Source: a virus
Taxonomy: Duplodnaviria > Caudoviricetes
DNA length: 24,353 bases
IMG/VR virus record: IMGVR_UViG_3300049712_000032
Coordinates: 1 to 24,353 of that record
Direction: 5' to 3' (one strand)
Shown here one piece after another: positions 16,787-24,324 of the stretch. The notes under the pieces were generated by a model. The model made no database searches, was not told the DNA's origin, and was given only the letters and a program-made list of their open reading frames with translations. A program made the translations under genes and the position numbers. Numbering within the stretch: position 1 is the first letter of the stretch; each line of letters begins with the position of its first letter.

Positions 16787-16910
16787 AAAGATTCTCCCGC
16801 ACCTCTTTATCGTCAATAAACATTACAGGACCAAGGTACTTTCTGTTATGCACGTTTACGGATTGTCGTCTGGCCCTTTTATACCTGTTTCTAAAGTGTT
16901 TAATCGTCAT
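16773..16910 (-). CDS. 45-aa protein with RENLYDYE tag, not in the ORF track
   Basis: MTIKHFRNRYKRARRQSVNVHNRKYLGPVMFIDDKEVRENLYDYE*; coupled at both ends. Confidence 0.7.
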   Translation of the reverse strand: MTIKHFRNRYKRARRQSVNVHNRKYLGPVMFIDDKEVRENLYDYE

Positions 16911-17188
16911 ATAGGTTATCTCTTAAACTGTAATTTACCTTTAGGTCCAGTGTAAACTGTGATACGTCAACCGTAAGGTTAGAAAGAAGGATTCCTGTTT
17001 TAAGACTATGTTTGTTGGAATCACAAGGGATATCTTCCATTGCATACTCTTTTTTTAGTCCAATTCTTCCCAGTGTAGAAGTAACCTGACTCTTCATCCA
17101 CCGAACTAACCTTGGAATACTCATCGGTAACGTCTTTGTAGACATTGCCTACCTTAACATTATAAGGGTTATACGGATTAAAAGTCAT
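16900..17188 (-). pseudogene. Frameshifted DNLY-tagged paralog of 17431..17715
   Basis: MTFNPYNPYNVKVGNVYKD...GYFYTGKNWT joins KKEYAMED...RDNLYDD if one base is removed from the A7 run (T run at 17050-17056). Confidence 0.72.
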
Positions 17189-17444
17189 ATAGGTTATCCC
17201 TAACTGGTCTGTACCCGATACCTAGATTAAACTGGCTTAGTCCGGTATTTATCCGAGCCATTTTAGTGTCTTTTAGACATTCCCCTATGTCTCTGTAACC
17301 ATGAGTTAGGGAAACACTATCATCCTCTGTTACAGAGATAACTTTACAATACCATATAATTCCAGACATACTATGGCCTACGATATCGCCAGCCCTGCAA
17401 GAATCCCGAGGGTACTTATAAGGTTTAAATTCAGGCATCTTCAT
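17178..17444 (-). CDS. Small protein with RDNLYDF tag
   Basis: AGDIVG..WYCKVI..SLTHG; ends RPVRDNLYDF*. Confidence 0.78.
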   Translation of the reverse strand: MKMPEFKPYKYPRDSCRAGDIVGHSMSGIIWYCKVISVTEDDSVSLTHGYRDIGECLKDTKMARINTGLSQFNLGIGYRPVRDNLYDF

Positions 17445-17715
17445 GATATAAATTGTCCCTGTATGTCCTTTTCGCAGGACCTTTGGTAAGGTCTATATTT
17501 AATCTTTCTATGCTAAGTGTAGTATATCTCCCAGTGAGAAGGCAATGTTCTGAGGTACTTGTTTCGGTATCCTCTCCAGCACCCGATATTGTGTGGTAGT
17601 TTCCCGTTGTATAAAATACACCCCTATAAAGGTCTACTTTCATAACCTTAGAGTAAAGTCCACCGTTGTCTTGGTAAACATCACCAACACATATTTTATA
17701 CGGGTTTTGGCTCAT
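17431..17715 (-). CDS. Small protein with RDNLYHEDA tag
   Basis: ICVGDVYQD N-terminal motif; ends RTYRDNLYHEDA*. Confidence 0.78.
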   Translation of the reverse strand: MSQNPYKICVGDVYQDNGGLYSKVMKVDLYRGVFYTTGNYHTISGAGEDTETSTSEHCLLTGRYTTLSIERLNIDLTKGPAKRTYRDNLYHEDA

Positions 17716-17727
17716 TTTAGGTTAGGG

Positions 17728-17934
17728 CTACTTGTCCCAAGGATTAAATTTCTGTCGTTCCAAAAAGGCTACTTTACGCCAAAGTTTGTTAGCTTCTTTG
17801 CTGGCCCGAATAGCAATCTTGAAGTCAGTTTTGTTCTTCTTCGGGTCCTTGAAGTACAGGTTCATGTGCTTCTGTAGGGTGTACTCGTACTTCATTGCCC
17901 GTAGTTCCAGTTCCTTGATCGTTGGGAGGGTCAT
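17728..17934 (-). CDS. Basic helical hypothetical protein
   Basis: ORF packed upstream of 17715. Confidence 0.6.
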   Translation of the reverse strand: MTLPTIKELELRAMKYEYTLQKHMNLYFKDPKKNKTDFKIAIRASKEANKLWRKVAFLERQKFNPWDK

Positions 17935-18070
17935 TGGAAGATAGTTTCCTTAGATTGGTTAGGGAGGTATGGTAATCCTCAAGGGTTAATTCCATATCGT
18001 CAACATCATATTCCTCGGTGAGGATTGAGTCAATTGATACCGGATAACCTTTATATCGAGAATTACACAT
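17825..18070 (-). CDS. Hypothetical protein, possibly leaderless
   Basis: ATG lies 6 nt after TATAAT; the 3' part overlaps the next ORF by about 110 nt, so its extent is uncertain. Confidence 0.45.
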   Translation of the reverse strand: MCNSRYKGYPVSIDSILTEEYDVDDMELTLEDYHTSLTNLRKLSSNDPPNDQGTGTTGNEVRVHPTEAHEPVLQGPEEEQN

Positions 18071-18112
18071 ACCCTAATTATACCCTAGCCAATTTAAAGG
18101 GAACAATCCCCT

Positions 18113-18403
18113 CTAGCGAGTTGAGGCCTTGCTCATATCAAAGACCTTCGGCTTGGAAGGCTTGCCCTCTTCGATCTGTTTCTGCAAGTTCCTGACTTTC
18201 CTGTTCTTTTTGGCAAGAACACGGTTCAGGTGCATCACTTGGGTCTTGTACTCGAACATCTTTCCTCTGACAAGGTGAAGTTCGTCTGACAGTTCTTGGA
18301 CAATATCAGCCATATCGTCAAACTGTCCCTTTGTTTTGAACAGTTCGGACTTGAGTTGTTTTATTTCCCTATGCTGTCGGTACTCGTCAATGAATTTAAA
18401 CAT
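18113..18403 (-). CDS. Coiled-coil hypothetical protein
   Basis: AAGGAG RBS; heptad-like helical sequence. Confidence 0.72.
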   Translation of the reverse strand: MFKFIDEYRQHREIKQLKSELFKTKGQFDDMADIVQELSDELHLVRGKMFEYKTQVMHLNRVLAKKNRKVRNLQKQIEEGKPSKPKVFDMSKASTR

Positions 18404-18438
18404 GGTTAAAGTCTCCTTTTCTCTTTTTGTGTGTGTGG

Positions 18439-18576
18439 TTAAGGTTGTAGTGCCATCATGAAGTGAAAGTTAATAATCCAAAGGATAGCAAAGAACAGGA
18501 AAGAGCCCAGTTTTCTTTTCCCGAAATACCACCCTGCCAGACAAGCCAGTAAGATACTGTTGATAAAGAACATCAT
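18439..18576 (-). CDS. Small two-TM membrane protein
   Basis: MMFFINSILLACLAGWYFG...; ATGA overlap with the upstream stop. Confidence 0.6.
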   Translation of the reverse strand: MMFFINSILLACLAGWYFGKRKLGSFLFFAILWIINFHFMMALQP

Positions 18577-18755
18577 AGTGCAGTTGCTCCCTGAACGATA
18601 AGGTATAGACCAGCCACAAAGTTTAGCACTGATAGGGCCAATCCTAGAAGAACCCACCAAAAGGGAAAGCCTGTGTCGAAGCTTTTCTTTGCCGCCGATA
18701 GGGTTAAAACACTAATAAAAAGTGATACGGAACCTATAAAAATATCCAACATCAC
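18573..18755 (-). CDS. Small two-TM membrane protein
   Basis: Two hydrophobic helices; start overlaps the upstream stop. Confidence 0.6.
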   Translation of the reverse strand: MMLDIFIGSVSLFISVLTLSAAKKSFDTGFPFWWVLLGLALSVLNFVAGLYLIVQGATAL

Positions 18756-19258
18756 AAGATTTCCTTTCCTTTGATCTGGTTAATACGCATTTCAGCATAC
18801 CGCCGAACCTTTTCGAGGTCCGTAATCTCGCTCTCTTCAAGGGTCATGCCATCATATTGTTTAAGCCCCGCCCTTGCGACATACTTGATGATGCTCCCTT
18901 GCCAGAAGTTGAACCCGTTAGCCATGATGAAGGTAATGGGCTCGATCTTGTACTTGGTGTAATGGGAGGGTTTGTACACCTTGGACTGGATATTGTAGGC
19001 TTGAGAAACATTATGGCAGTCCATTATTTTAAAGTTTTCCATGTGGTCCTCGGCAGTGGGTTCTGTCGAAGCACAAGCACATTCCACGTTGCAGCAATTT
19101 TCCTCGGACATTTTTCCCAGTTCCTTTCCTATGATTTTATATTCCCACTGTTCGGGGTCCTTTATGAACAGGGCAAAGTCTACCCTGTCGTGGTAGGCCT
19201 TAGCTAGTATTATGTCCTTCCACTCGTTAAAATTCTCTTTAAAATTATTCATCGTCAT
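18752..19258 (-). CDS. DUF3310-family protein (T7 gp1.7 nucleotide kinase-like C-terminal domain)
   Basis: PSHYT...IEPI.FI......F..G.IIKYV.RAG.K......DLEK...Y. Confidence 0.8.
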   Translation of the reverse strand: MTMNNFKENFNEWKDIILAKAYHDRVDFALFIKDPEQWEYKIIGKELGKMSEENCCNVECACASTEPTAEDHMENFKIMDCHNVSQAYNIQSKVYKPSHYTKYKIEPITFIMANGFNFWQGSIIKYVARAGLKQYDGMTLEESEITDLEKVRRYAEMRINQIKGKEIL

Positions 19259-19517
19259 GATAAAGATTATCCCTAGCCAAAGTTATCAGGTTATACTCTC
19301 CTCCACCAACGCAAATAATTCCTTTTAAATCATATGCCCCCCAACATCTAGCTTTATCCTCATCAAGAGCAGCCGCATATCTTGAAGCATCACTGAAAGT
19401 TGCGTAATTCCTATCGCATATTAGGGGGTATAAACCGTAACCCTCTGTCCGTATAACTACGGCGTACTTTCCGTTAGCCTGTATCCAAATTTGTTTAGGT
19501 TTAAATACCTTCGTCAT
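19245..19517 (-). CDS. Small protein with RDNLYHDDE tag
   Basis: Start MTKVFK lies in the upstream DNLY-D codons; ends LARDNLYHDDE*. Confidence 0.75.
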   Translation of the reverse strand: MTKVFKPKQIWIQANGKYAVVIRTEGYGLYPLICDRNYATFSDASRYAAALDEDKARCWGAYDLKGIICVGGGEYNLITLARDNLYHDDE

Positions 19518-19821
19518 ACAGGTTATCCACATAACTAAAAGGGATTAGCCTACCGGAAACCCCTAGGCTGTTGTCCTTTAGGTTGTCCCCATCCCAAATA
19601 CCCCATCCGAATATGCTCAACAACCCATTGTCGTGAACAAACCTAACATAGAGGTTACGTTTAAAAGGGTTCTTGTTTTCAAGGGTGGCTACCTCTGCGT
19701 CAAAACACCTCCAATCCTCTGTCGTAAACGCCCTGCATAGACGGAAGCTGTATGCCTTCTGATGGGCCTCGTGCCATTCAATCCTAAACTCAGTGCCATC
19801 TTTAAAACGGGATAGCATCAT
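19501..19821 (-). CDS. Small protein with VDNLYDEGI tag
   Basis: Start MMLSRF after AAGGA; ends SYVDNLYDEGI*. Confidence 0.72.
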   Translation of the reverse strand: MMLSRFKDGTEFRIEWHEAHQKAYSFRLCRAFTTEDWRCFDAEVATLENKNPFKRNLYVRFVHDNGLLSIFGWGIWDGDNLKDNSLGVSGRLIPFSYVDNLYDEGI

Positions 19822-20548
19822 ATTCCTTAATTTCAACCTTTTGGATAGTCTCATTAATGATTGGGGTAGCGGGAACATACGGATTATCCTTTGCAGCTTC
19901 TACTATCTTACCACAATTGAGGATATGAGTCCAGCCCTCACAAGGGGGGAATTTCTCGAACATCTTTTTAAAATGTTTGTGGTTCTCTCTTACCCCTTTA
20001 ATCCAAACGATACGTTTCTCGTTGGTAAGTTTATCATCTGGAACATACCGCCCTCCCCTCGTAGGGGGTTTATAAGACTCAAAGCTTTGGTATCCCCAAA
20101 CAAATTCCCTATGGCCGATTTTATCATCCCACCTGACTTTGCAAATTGAAGAGTCAAAATCATGGTAAATGCTTTCGGGGTGAAAGCCATTTTCCAAGCA
20201 TATAAAATCAATACCAATCCCTTTATAGTTTAAACCAAATACTGCTACCATACCTTGAATTTTAGTGTAATCCACTGACGGTTGAAAGGGTGGTTGTTTA
20301 GGCGTTGGGGCTTGTCCTTCCTTTTTAACTACCTCACAATCGGGAAAGAGGCCTTGAATAGCCTTTTGTAGGCTGTCCGTATTCCCCCCTTTGTAGAAAA
20401 AGGTACGCAGATATACGTCTATGTCGGACGCCTCGTTGCCGAGATACCAGTCCCTTGGAGCCCCGCCGCAAATACAAGCGAGTGGGTCTAAGCCCCGTAT
20501 CTGGCTAAGAACTTCTCGGGCGATAGCTTGTTGCTCTTTAATCGTCAT
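19802..20548 (-). CDS. Nucleotidyltransferase (tRNA nucleotidyltransferase/poly(A) polymerase head-like)
   Basis: GGAPRDWY......SDIDVY, IDFI and FDSSICK motifs. Confidence 0.82.
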   Translation of the reverse strand: MTIKEQQAIAREVLSQIRGLDPLACICGGAPRDWYLGNEASDIDVYLRTFFYKGGNTDSLQKAIQGLFPDCEVVKKEGQAPTPKQPPFQPSVDYTKIQGMVAVFGLNYKGIGIDFICLENGFHPESIYHDFDSSICKVRWDDKIGHREFVWGYQSFESYKPPTRGGRYVPDDKLTNEKRIVWIKGVRENHKHFKKMFEKFPPCEGWTHILNCGKIVEAAKDNPYVPATPIINETIQKVEIKEYDAIPF

Positions 20549-20903
20549 TGTAGAGGTTATCCCTTACGTAAGGTTCTAGGTATAGGGCGTGTTCATTTAC
20601 AGCAATTCCCCAAACATCATGGATAAGATACCCGTTATACTTTGTTGGGAATTCGTCATACCCTGTTGATATACTTTTAAGGTCCATACTCGCATAATAG
20701 TCAACCCTACACTGTCCCTCTTCGTTAAGGCCAGTTCCTCGGTCTACCACTCTGGCAAAAAGACAATCCCTCCAAGTGTGCCTACTATTAAGAGGTATGT
20801 TTCGTTTAGATTTTACCTCATACCAGATATCCTCTCTAAAGGTAAAACCCTTTCTGGTTTTAGCAATCTCTGCTATTTCCACGTCAGTAATTGGTTCAAT
20901 CAT
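20538..20903 (-). CDS. Small protein with RDNLYNDD tag
   Basis: Start MIEPIT lies in the upstream DNLY-D codons. Confidence 0.75.
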   Translation of the reverse strand: MIEPITDVEIAEIAKTRKGFTFREDIWYEVKSKRNIPLNSRHTWRDCLFARVVDRGTGLNEEGQCRVDYYASMDLKSISTGYDEFPTKYNGYLIHDVWGIAVNEHALYLEPYVRDNLYNDD

Positions 20904-21132
20904 AGAGGTTATCCCTAAATTCTTGTAGAATGTCGGTATCACCCTCACTCTTAGCCCAAGCACACCTAAGACCTTCTATATCGTAAAGCCTTGCTGAGAT
21001 AAACATAGAGGGTTTTAAAGGTTCTAGGCGATATATAAAAGGAGAATACATTGAGTCAGTTTTGGTACATTTAAATACATGCCCATCTTTACTTCTATAA
21101 AAATTTCCAATCTTTAATTCCAGCCGGTCCAT
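20896..21132 (-). CDS. Small protein with RDNLYD tag
   Basis: LKIGNFYRSKDG N-terminal motif; ends QEFRDNLYD*. Confidence 0.75.
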   Translation of the reverse strand: MDRLELKIGNFYRSKDGHVFKCTKTDSMYSPFIYRLEPLKPSMFISARLYDIEGLRCAWAKSEGDTDILQEFRDNLYD

Positions 21133-21145
21133 AGAAAATTTTTTC

Positions 21146-21586
21146 TTACTCCCGCTTACCGATTTCTTCGTTGATATACGCCCTTCCATCTTTCTCAAAA
21201 GTAACGTAAGGCTTTCCGTTTAGGCAGATACGTTTTACTTGTTTGAGGGGAAAGGGTATAAGGCAAGTTTGCTTTGGGGTATTGCGGAGATTGTAGATTT
21301 TAATGAAGAGGTTCTTTTCTTCTTCGCTTCGGAATTGACGTTTGGCTAAAGCTTCATCGAGGGGGAGTTCCTTTGGTGTTCCTTCCAATTCCTTTTGGAA
21401 TTCGTAGGCCCTTTCTTGCTTACAGAGAAAGGTAAAGGCTTCCTTGGCCCGTTCAAGTTCTTCCCGAGAAAGGAGGTCAGGGGGCAAGGACTCCCGTTCC
21501 TTTACCGCCCGTTCCCGTTCGGCAAGGATACCTTTGATTTCGTCAAGAAGGCTGTCGATACCGGATAAATCACTACTCTTCCCCAT
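21146..21586 (-). CDS. Hypothetical protein
   Basis: GAGGAG RBS; overlaps the upstream stop. Confidence 0.7.
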   Translation of the reverse strand: MGKSSDLSGIDSLLDEIKGILAERERAVKERESLPPDLLSREELERAKEAFTFLCKQERAYEFQKELEGTPKELPLDEALAKRQFRSEEEKNLFIKIYNLRNTPKQTCLIPFPLKQVKRICLNGKPYVTFEKDGRAYINEEIGKRE

Positions 21587-21755
21587 AGTTTATACACTCC
21601 TCTTCCTCTTTTTTAAAATTAAAATCGTATTGAACCTTGGCGTTAGGGTCCGTAACAGAGTCACAATCCCATACAATAACTTTGGTTTCCTCGTCTGGAA
21701 TTCCCACCACTTTAAAGGGTTTACCTTTGTGGATAAATACTTCAATCACTTTCAT
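21573..21755 (-). CDS. Hypothetical protein
   Basis: ATG lies in the DNLY-E codons of the 21742..22020 gene. Confidence 0.65.
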   Translation of the reverse strand: MKVIEVFIHKGKPFKVVGIPDEETKVIVWDCDSVTDPNAKVQYDFNFKKEEEECINYGEE

Positions 21756-22020
21756 ACAAGTTGTCCTTTATCAGCTTAACCCAAACACCCTTACTGTTTT
21801 GTACGAGTCGTTCAAAAGGGTATTTTAAATGTAAGTGGTAGTCCTCATAATCTTCCTCCCCACACCAGTAACCTAAGCCACTGTATATCTACCCATCCGT
21901 ACACTCCCATTCTGCACCTATGCCTCCTAAAAACTCTTTAATAATACAAACTTCTCCGTTGTTTGAACGGTAGGCTTCCCCTACTCTAAGGCTTGGCATT
22001 GGTCCTCGGTTATTCGTCAT
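21742..22020 (-). pseudogene. DNLY-tagged gene with one in-frame TAG
   Basis: MTNNRGPMPSLRVGEAYRSNNG...ECTDG*IYSGLGYW...KLIKDNLYESD*; TAG at 21889-21891. Confidence 0.75.
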
Positions 22021-22306
22021 TGTAAAGATTATCCTTATATCCCCAAACCCTAAAAGGTACTTTTAAATCATGCCCTTTTTCTCGTGTCCCCCGCCAAACC
22101 CCATCAGAATTCCAGTAGTTATAGTCCTTTGTTTCATAGTACCACCGATATGCTGTTCCGTCCTTGTGAAATAATTCTCCAAGCCAAACATCATCAACAT
22201 TAGGGAATAGCCCCAAATCTTTACTTGAACCATCAAAAATAATGTAACCTCCCTCGTTGGTTTCTAACTTCTTTCCGACAAGGGATTTATCAAGCCTTCT
22301 AATCAT
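22010..22306 (-). CDS. Small protein with KDNLYNDE tag
   Basis: AGGA RBS; ends WGYKDNLYNDE*. Confidence 0.78.
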   Translation of the reverse strand: MIRRLDKSLVGKKLETNEGGYIIFDGSSKDLGLFPNVDDVWLGELFHKDGTAYRWYYETKDYNYWNSDGVWRGTREKGHDLKVPFRVWGYKDNLYNDE

Positions 22307-22315
22307 AGTCCTAAA

Positions 22316-22756
22316 CTACTCGTCTAAAGTATACAGGTTGTCGTAAATTATATTTCCGTACTTATCCACCTGAATAAATGGATAGTGAACGTGGTATTCA
22401 CTTAGGGGGATATCTCCCCAAGTATAGCCAATCCCCTCGGGGGAGTAAAACCACTCCCCTATGTCCTCTGCTATCATCTCGCCTTTATTTAGGTAAAGGT
22501 TACACCGATAAACTGTTTGTCCTTGGTCCCCACGAGTTTCTTTGGTAACTCCCACAAACCATATGCCGGATGGGTCCCCATCGTAACTATTAATCGCCCA
22601 AGGTTTTCCGTTTAAACGTCTTATCTCCCCTTGGATAGCGTAAAATTTACCTAATCGGAGAGTAGCAGTTTTACGTTCCTTGAAGAGGGCAACTTTTATC
22701 TTGCCTCCATGCCTACCTTCAAGCGTGTATACTGTCTTATCCTCATCAAGAGACAT
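22316..22756 (-). CDS. Protein with YDNLYTLDE tag
   Basis: Start MSLDED overlaps the upstream gene's end; ends IIYDNLYTLDE*. Confidence 0.75.
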   Translation of the reverse strand: MSLDEDKTVYTLEGRHGGKIKVALFKERKTATLRLGKFYAIQGEIRRLNGKPWAINSYDGDPSGIWFVGVTKETRGDQGQTVYRCNLYLNKGEMIAEDIGEWFYSPEGIGYTWGDIPLSEYHVHYPFIQVDKYGNIIYDNLYTLDE

Positions 22757-22970
22757 ACTCTTTAATCCACCCAAGAAACATTTCCACGTTGGACTCCATT
22801 GTTTCCCCGTTCAGGAATTCAAATTCCTTTTCCGAGCCGATTAAACGATTTAGAAAGTAGATATCCACCTTTCTAGCAGAGGTATCCCAACGAAAGGAGT
22901 AATCCCCTTCGCTTACGGAGATAATCCCTGTTCGATCATCCCTTGTTATGCTCTTGTAGGTGTGAAGCAT
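22746..22970 (-). CDS. Hypothetical protein
   Basis: GGGGAGG RBS within the upstream gene's tail. Confidence 0.68.
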   Translation of the reverse strand: MLHTYKSITRDDRTGIISVSEGDYSFRWDTSARKVDIYFLNRLIGSEKEFEFLNGETMESNVEMFLGWIKEYVS

Positions 22971-23256
22971 CTAAGTATTCCTCCCCATCATAGAGGTTTT
23001 CCGGTACTCGGTATTTGAGATAGTTTTGGTAGGTTTCGAGGTCCAAGGTAGTTACAGGTGTGTAGCCTGAGCCATTCCCGTAAAACATACACGTTTTAAT
23101 GGTTCCTATCGTGTCAGTGTTGGGTTTTGTCTTGCCGATGATAATGCCCTTGTAGTGTCCTGTATCCTCTCTACCTATGATAAGGTATAGTCTCCCTGTC
23201 TCCCCACCTTTAAACACTTTATTTATATTAGTGTTTCGTGCCAAGGAAACCCCCAT
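22936..23256 (-). CDS. Small protein with variant tag PENLYDGEE
   Basis: Near-terminal RVPENLYDGEEY; start uncertain. Confidence 0.68.
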   Translation of the reverse strand: MGVSLARNTNINKVFKGGETGRLYLIIGREDTGHYKGIIIGKTKPNTDTIGTIKTCMFYGNGSGYTPVTTLDLETYQNYLKYRVPENLYDGEEYLDASHLQEHNKG

Positions 23257-23722
23257 CACCCTTCTCACTCCCTTTATCACCCTCTTCTCCCTTTCCTACA
23301 AAGGGTTCAAGGGCATCAGCGAGGTCGGGGTTGATCTTGCGAAGTTCCTCAATGGAACCCCCCTTAAGAGTGACTTCAACGGGTCGTTCGTCCCCTTCTT
23401 CGGGCTCGGGCATACCATGTTCTTTTAGGTACTCGCTGACCTGTTCTTGGAAAATCTCAAGGGTCCGTTGAAGGATTGCTGACATATCCTTGCCGAATTT
23501 GCTTTCCCCCTCTTTTGCCTTTAAATCATCTTCAAAGGATTGCTCACTGGGGAAATACTCGGGCTTGGTAGTGCGAATACTCTCTTTAAGAAGAGGGGGG
23601 ATGCTGTTCACCACATCATCGGGAAGTTGCATAACCATTTGCATGGTGTACATGGTGGTAGCAACCCCAAGCCAGTATGCGCGGAGTGCTTCGGTGTCTT
23701 TTTCGCTTTTAAAGATTTTCAT
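23228..23722 (-). CDS. Acidic hypothetical protein
   Basis: GAGGA RBS; 164-aa clean ORF. Confidence 0.72.
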   Translation of the reverse strand: MKIFKSEKDTEALRAYWLGVATTMYTMQMVMQLPDDVVNSIPPLLKESIRTTKPEYFPSEQSFEDDLKAKEGESKFGKDMSAILQRTLEIFQEQVSEYLKEHGMPEPEEGDERPVEVTLKGGSIEELRKINPDLADALEPFVGKGEEGDKGSEKGDGGFLGTKH

Positions 23723-23759
23723 GGTGCTTTTTGTCCTCTTCTTCGTTGTTGGTTCGTTA

Positions 23760-24061
23760 TTAATCTAAATCGTCGGTGTACAAATTGTCTTTCATGGTTC
23801 GGTGTACGACATGGAACCCCTATCTAGGGAGAACTTAAGATTTCCTGTACTGGACCATGCTGTTTCCGTTTGCTCTAGAGCCCTTAAAATTCTTTTATCT
23901 TTATCCAACTCCTCTATCTCGGAAACACCATGAGTAAGGGAATATTCACCCTTTTCGTTAAGGGCTATGATCTTCCAGTACACCCTATCATTTTTTGATG
24001 CAACGATATCCCCTACATAGAACACTGTACCATTAGATGCTTTATAAGGTTTATTCGTCAT
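23760..24061 (-). pseudogene. DNLY-tagged gene with apparent 1-nt frameshift near the 3' end (paralog of 17178..17444)
   Basis: ORF 23792..24061 stops early; adding one base near the G4 run (23817-23820) gives ...LDRGFHVVHRTMKDNLYTDDLD*. Confidence 0.65.
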
Positions 24062-24290
24062 ACAGATTATCCCTTGGGCCCCGAAATACTAAGGTGAAGC
24101 TAATAAGAAGTTGCCCAGTATTTCCAATTTTATTGGTATGATAGGCTTTCTCGATAGAAGTCTCCGATGCAGTTACATCGTATAGTGTGGTTCCAGTTCT
24201 ATCTGTGTGGACTTTAAGAATTCTTAAATTGTAGGTTTCGGAACCTCGGACAATATCCCCAACTTGGAATTTTTCCTCTCGTATTGTCAT
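24051..24290 (-). CDS. Small protein with RDNLYDE tag
   Basis: FQVGDIVRG N-terminal motif; ends GPRDNLYDE*. Confidence 0.78.
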   Translation of the reverse strand: MTIREEKFQVGDIVRGSETYNLRILKVHTDRTGTTLYDVTASETSIEKAYHTNKIGNTGQLLISFTLVFRGPRDNLYDE

Positions 24291-24324
24291 AATACCAGTA
24301 TACCCCTATGTGTTTAAGAAAAGA

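Noticed and set aside
18040-18057. GATAACCTTTAT (DNLY) on the plus strand
   Set aside because: Antisense to a likely gene and not at the end of a credible ORF; treated as chance.
21889-21891. Genome-wide TAG reassignment
   Set aside because: Long genes are intact under code 11 and several end in TAG right before the next gene; only one internal TAG was found.
855-23827. Numerous plus-strand and alternate-frame ORFs in the track (e.g. 5824..6261, 6423..6944, 8792..9355, 10097..10654)
   Set aside because: They shadow well-supported minus-strand genes and show no recognisable motifs.
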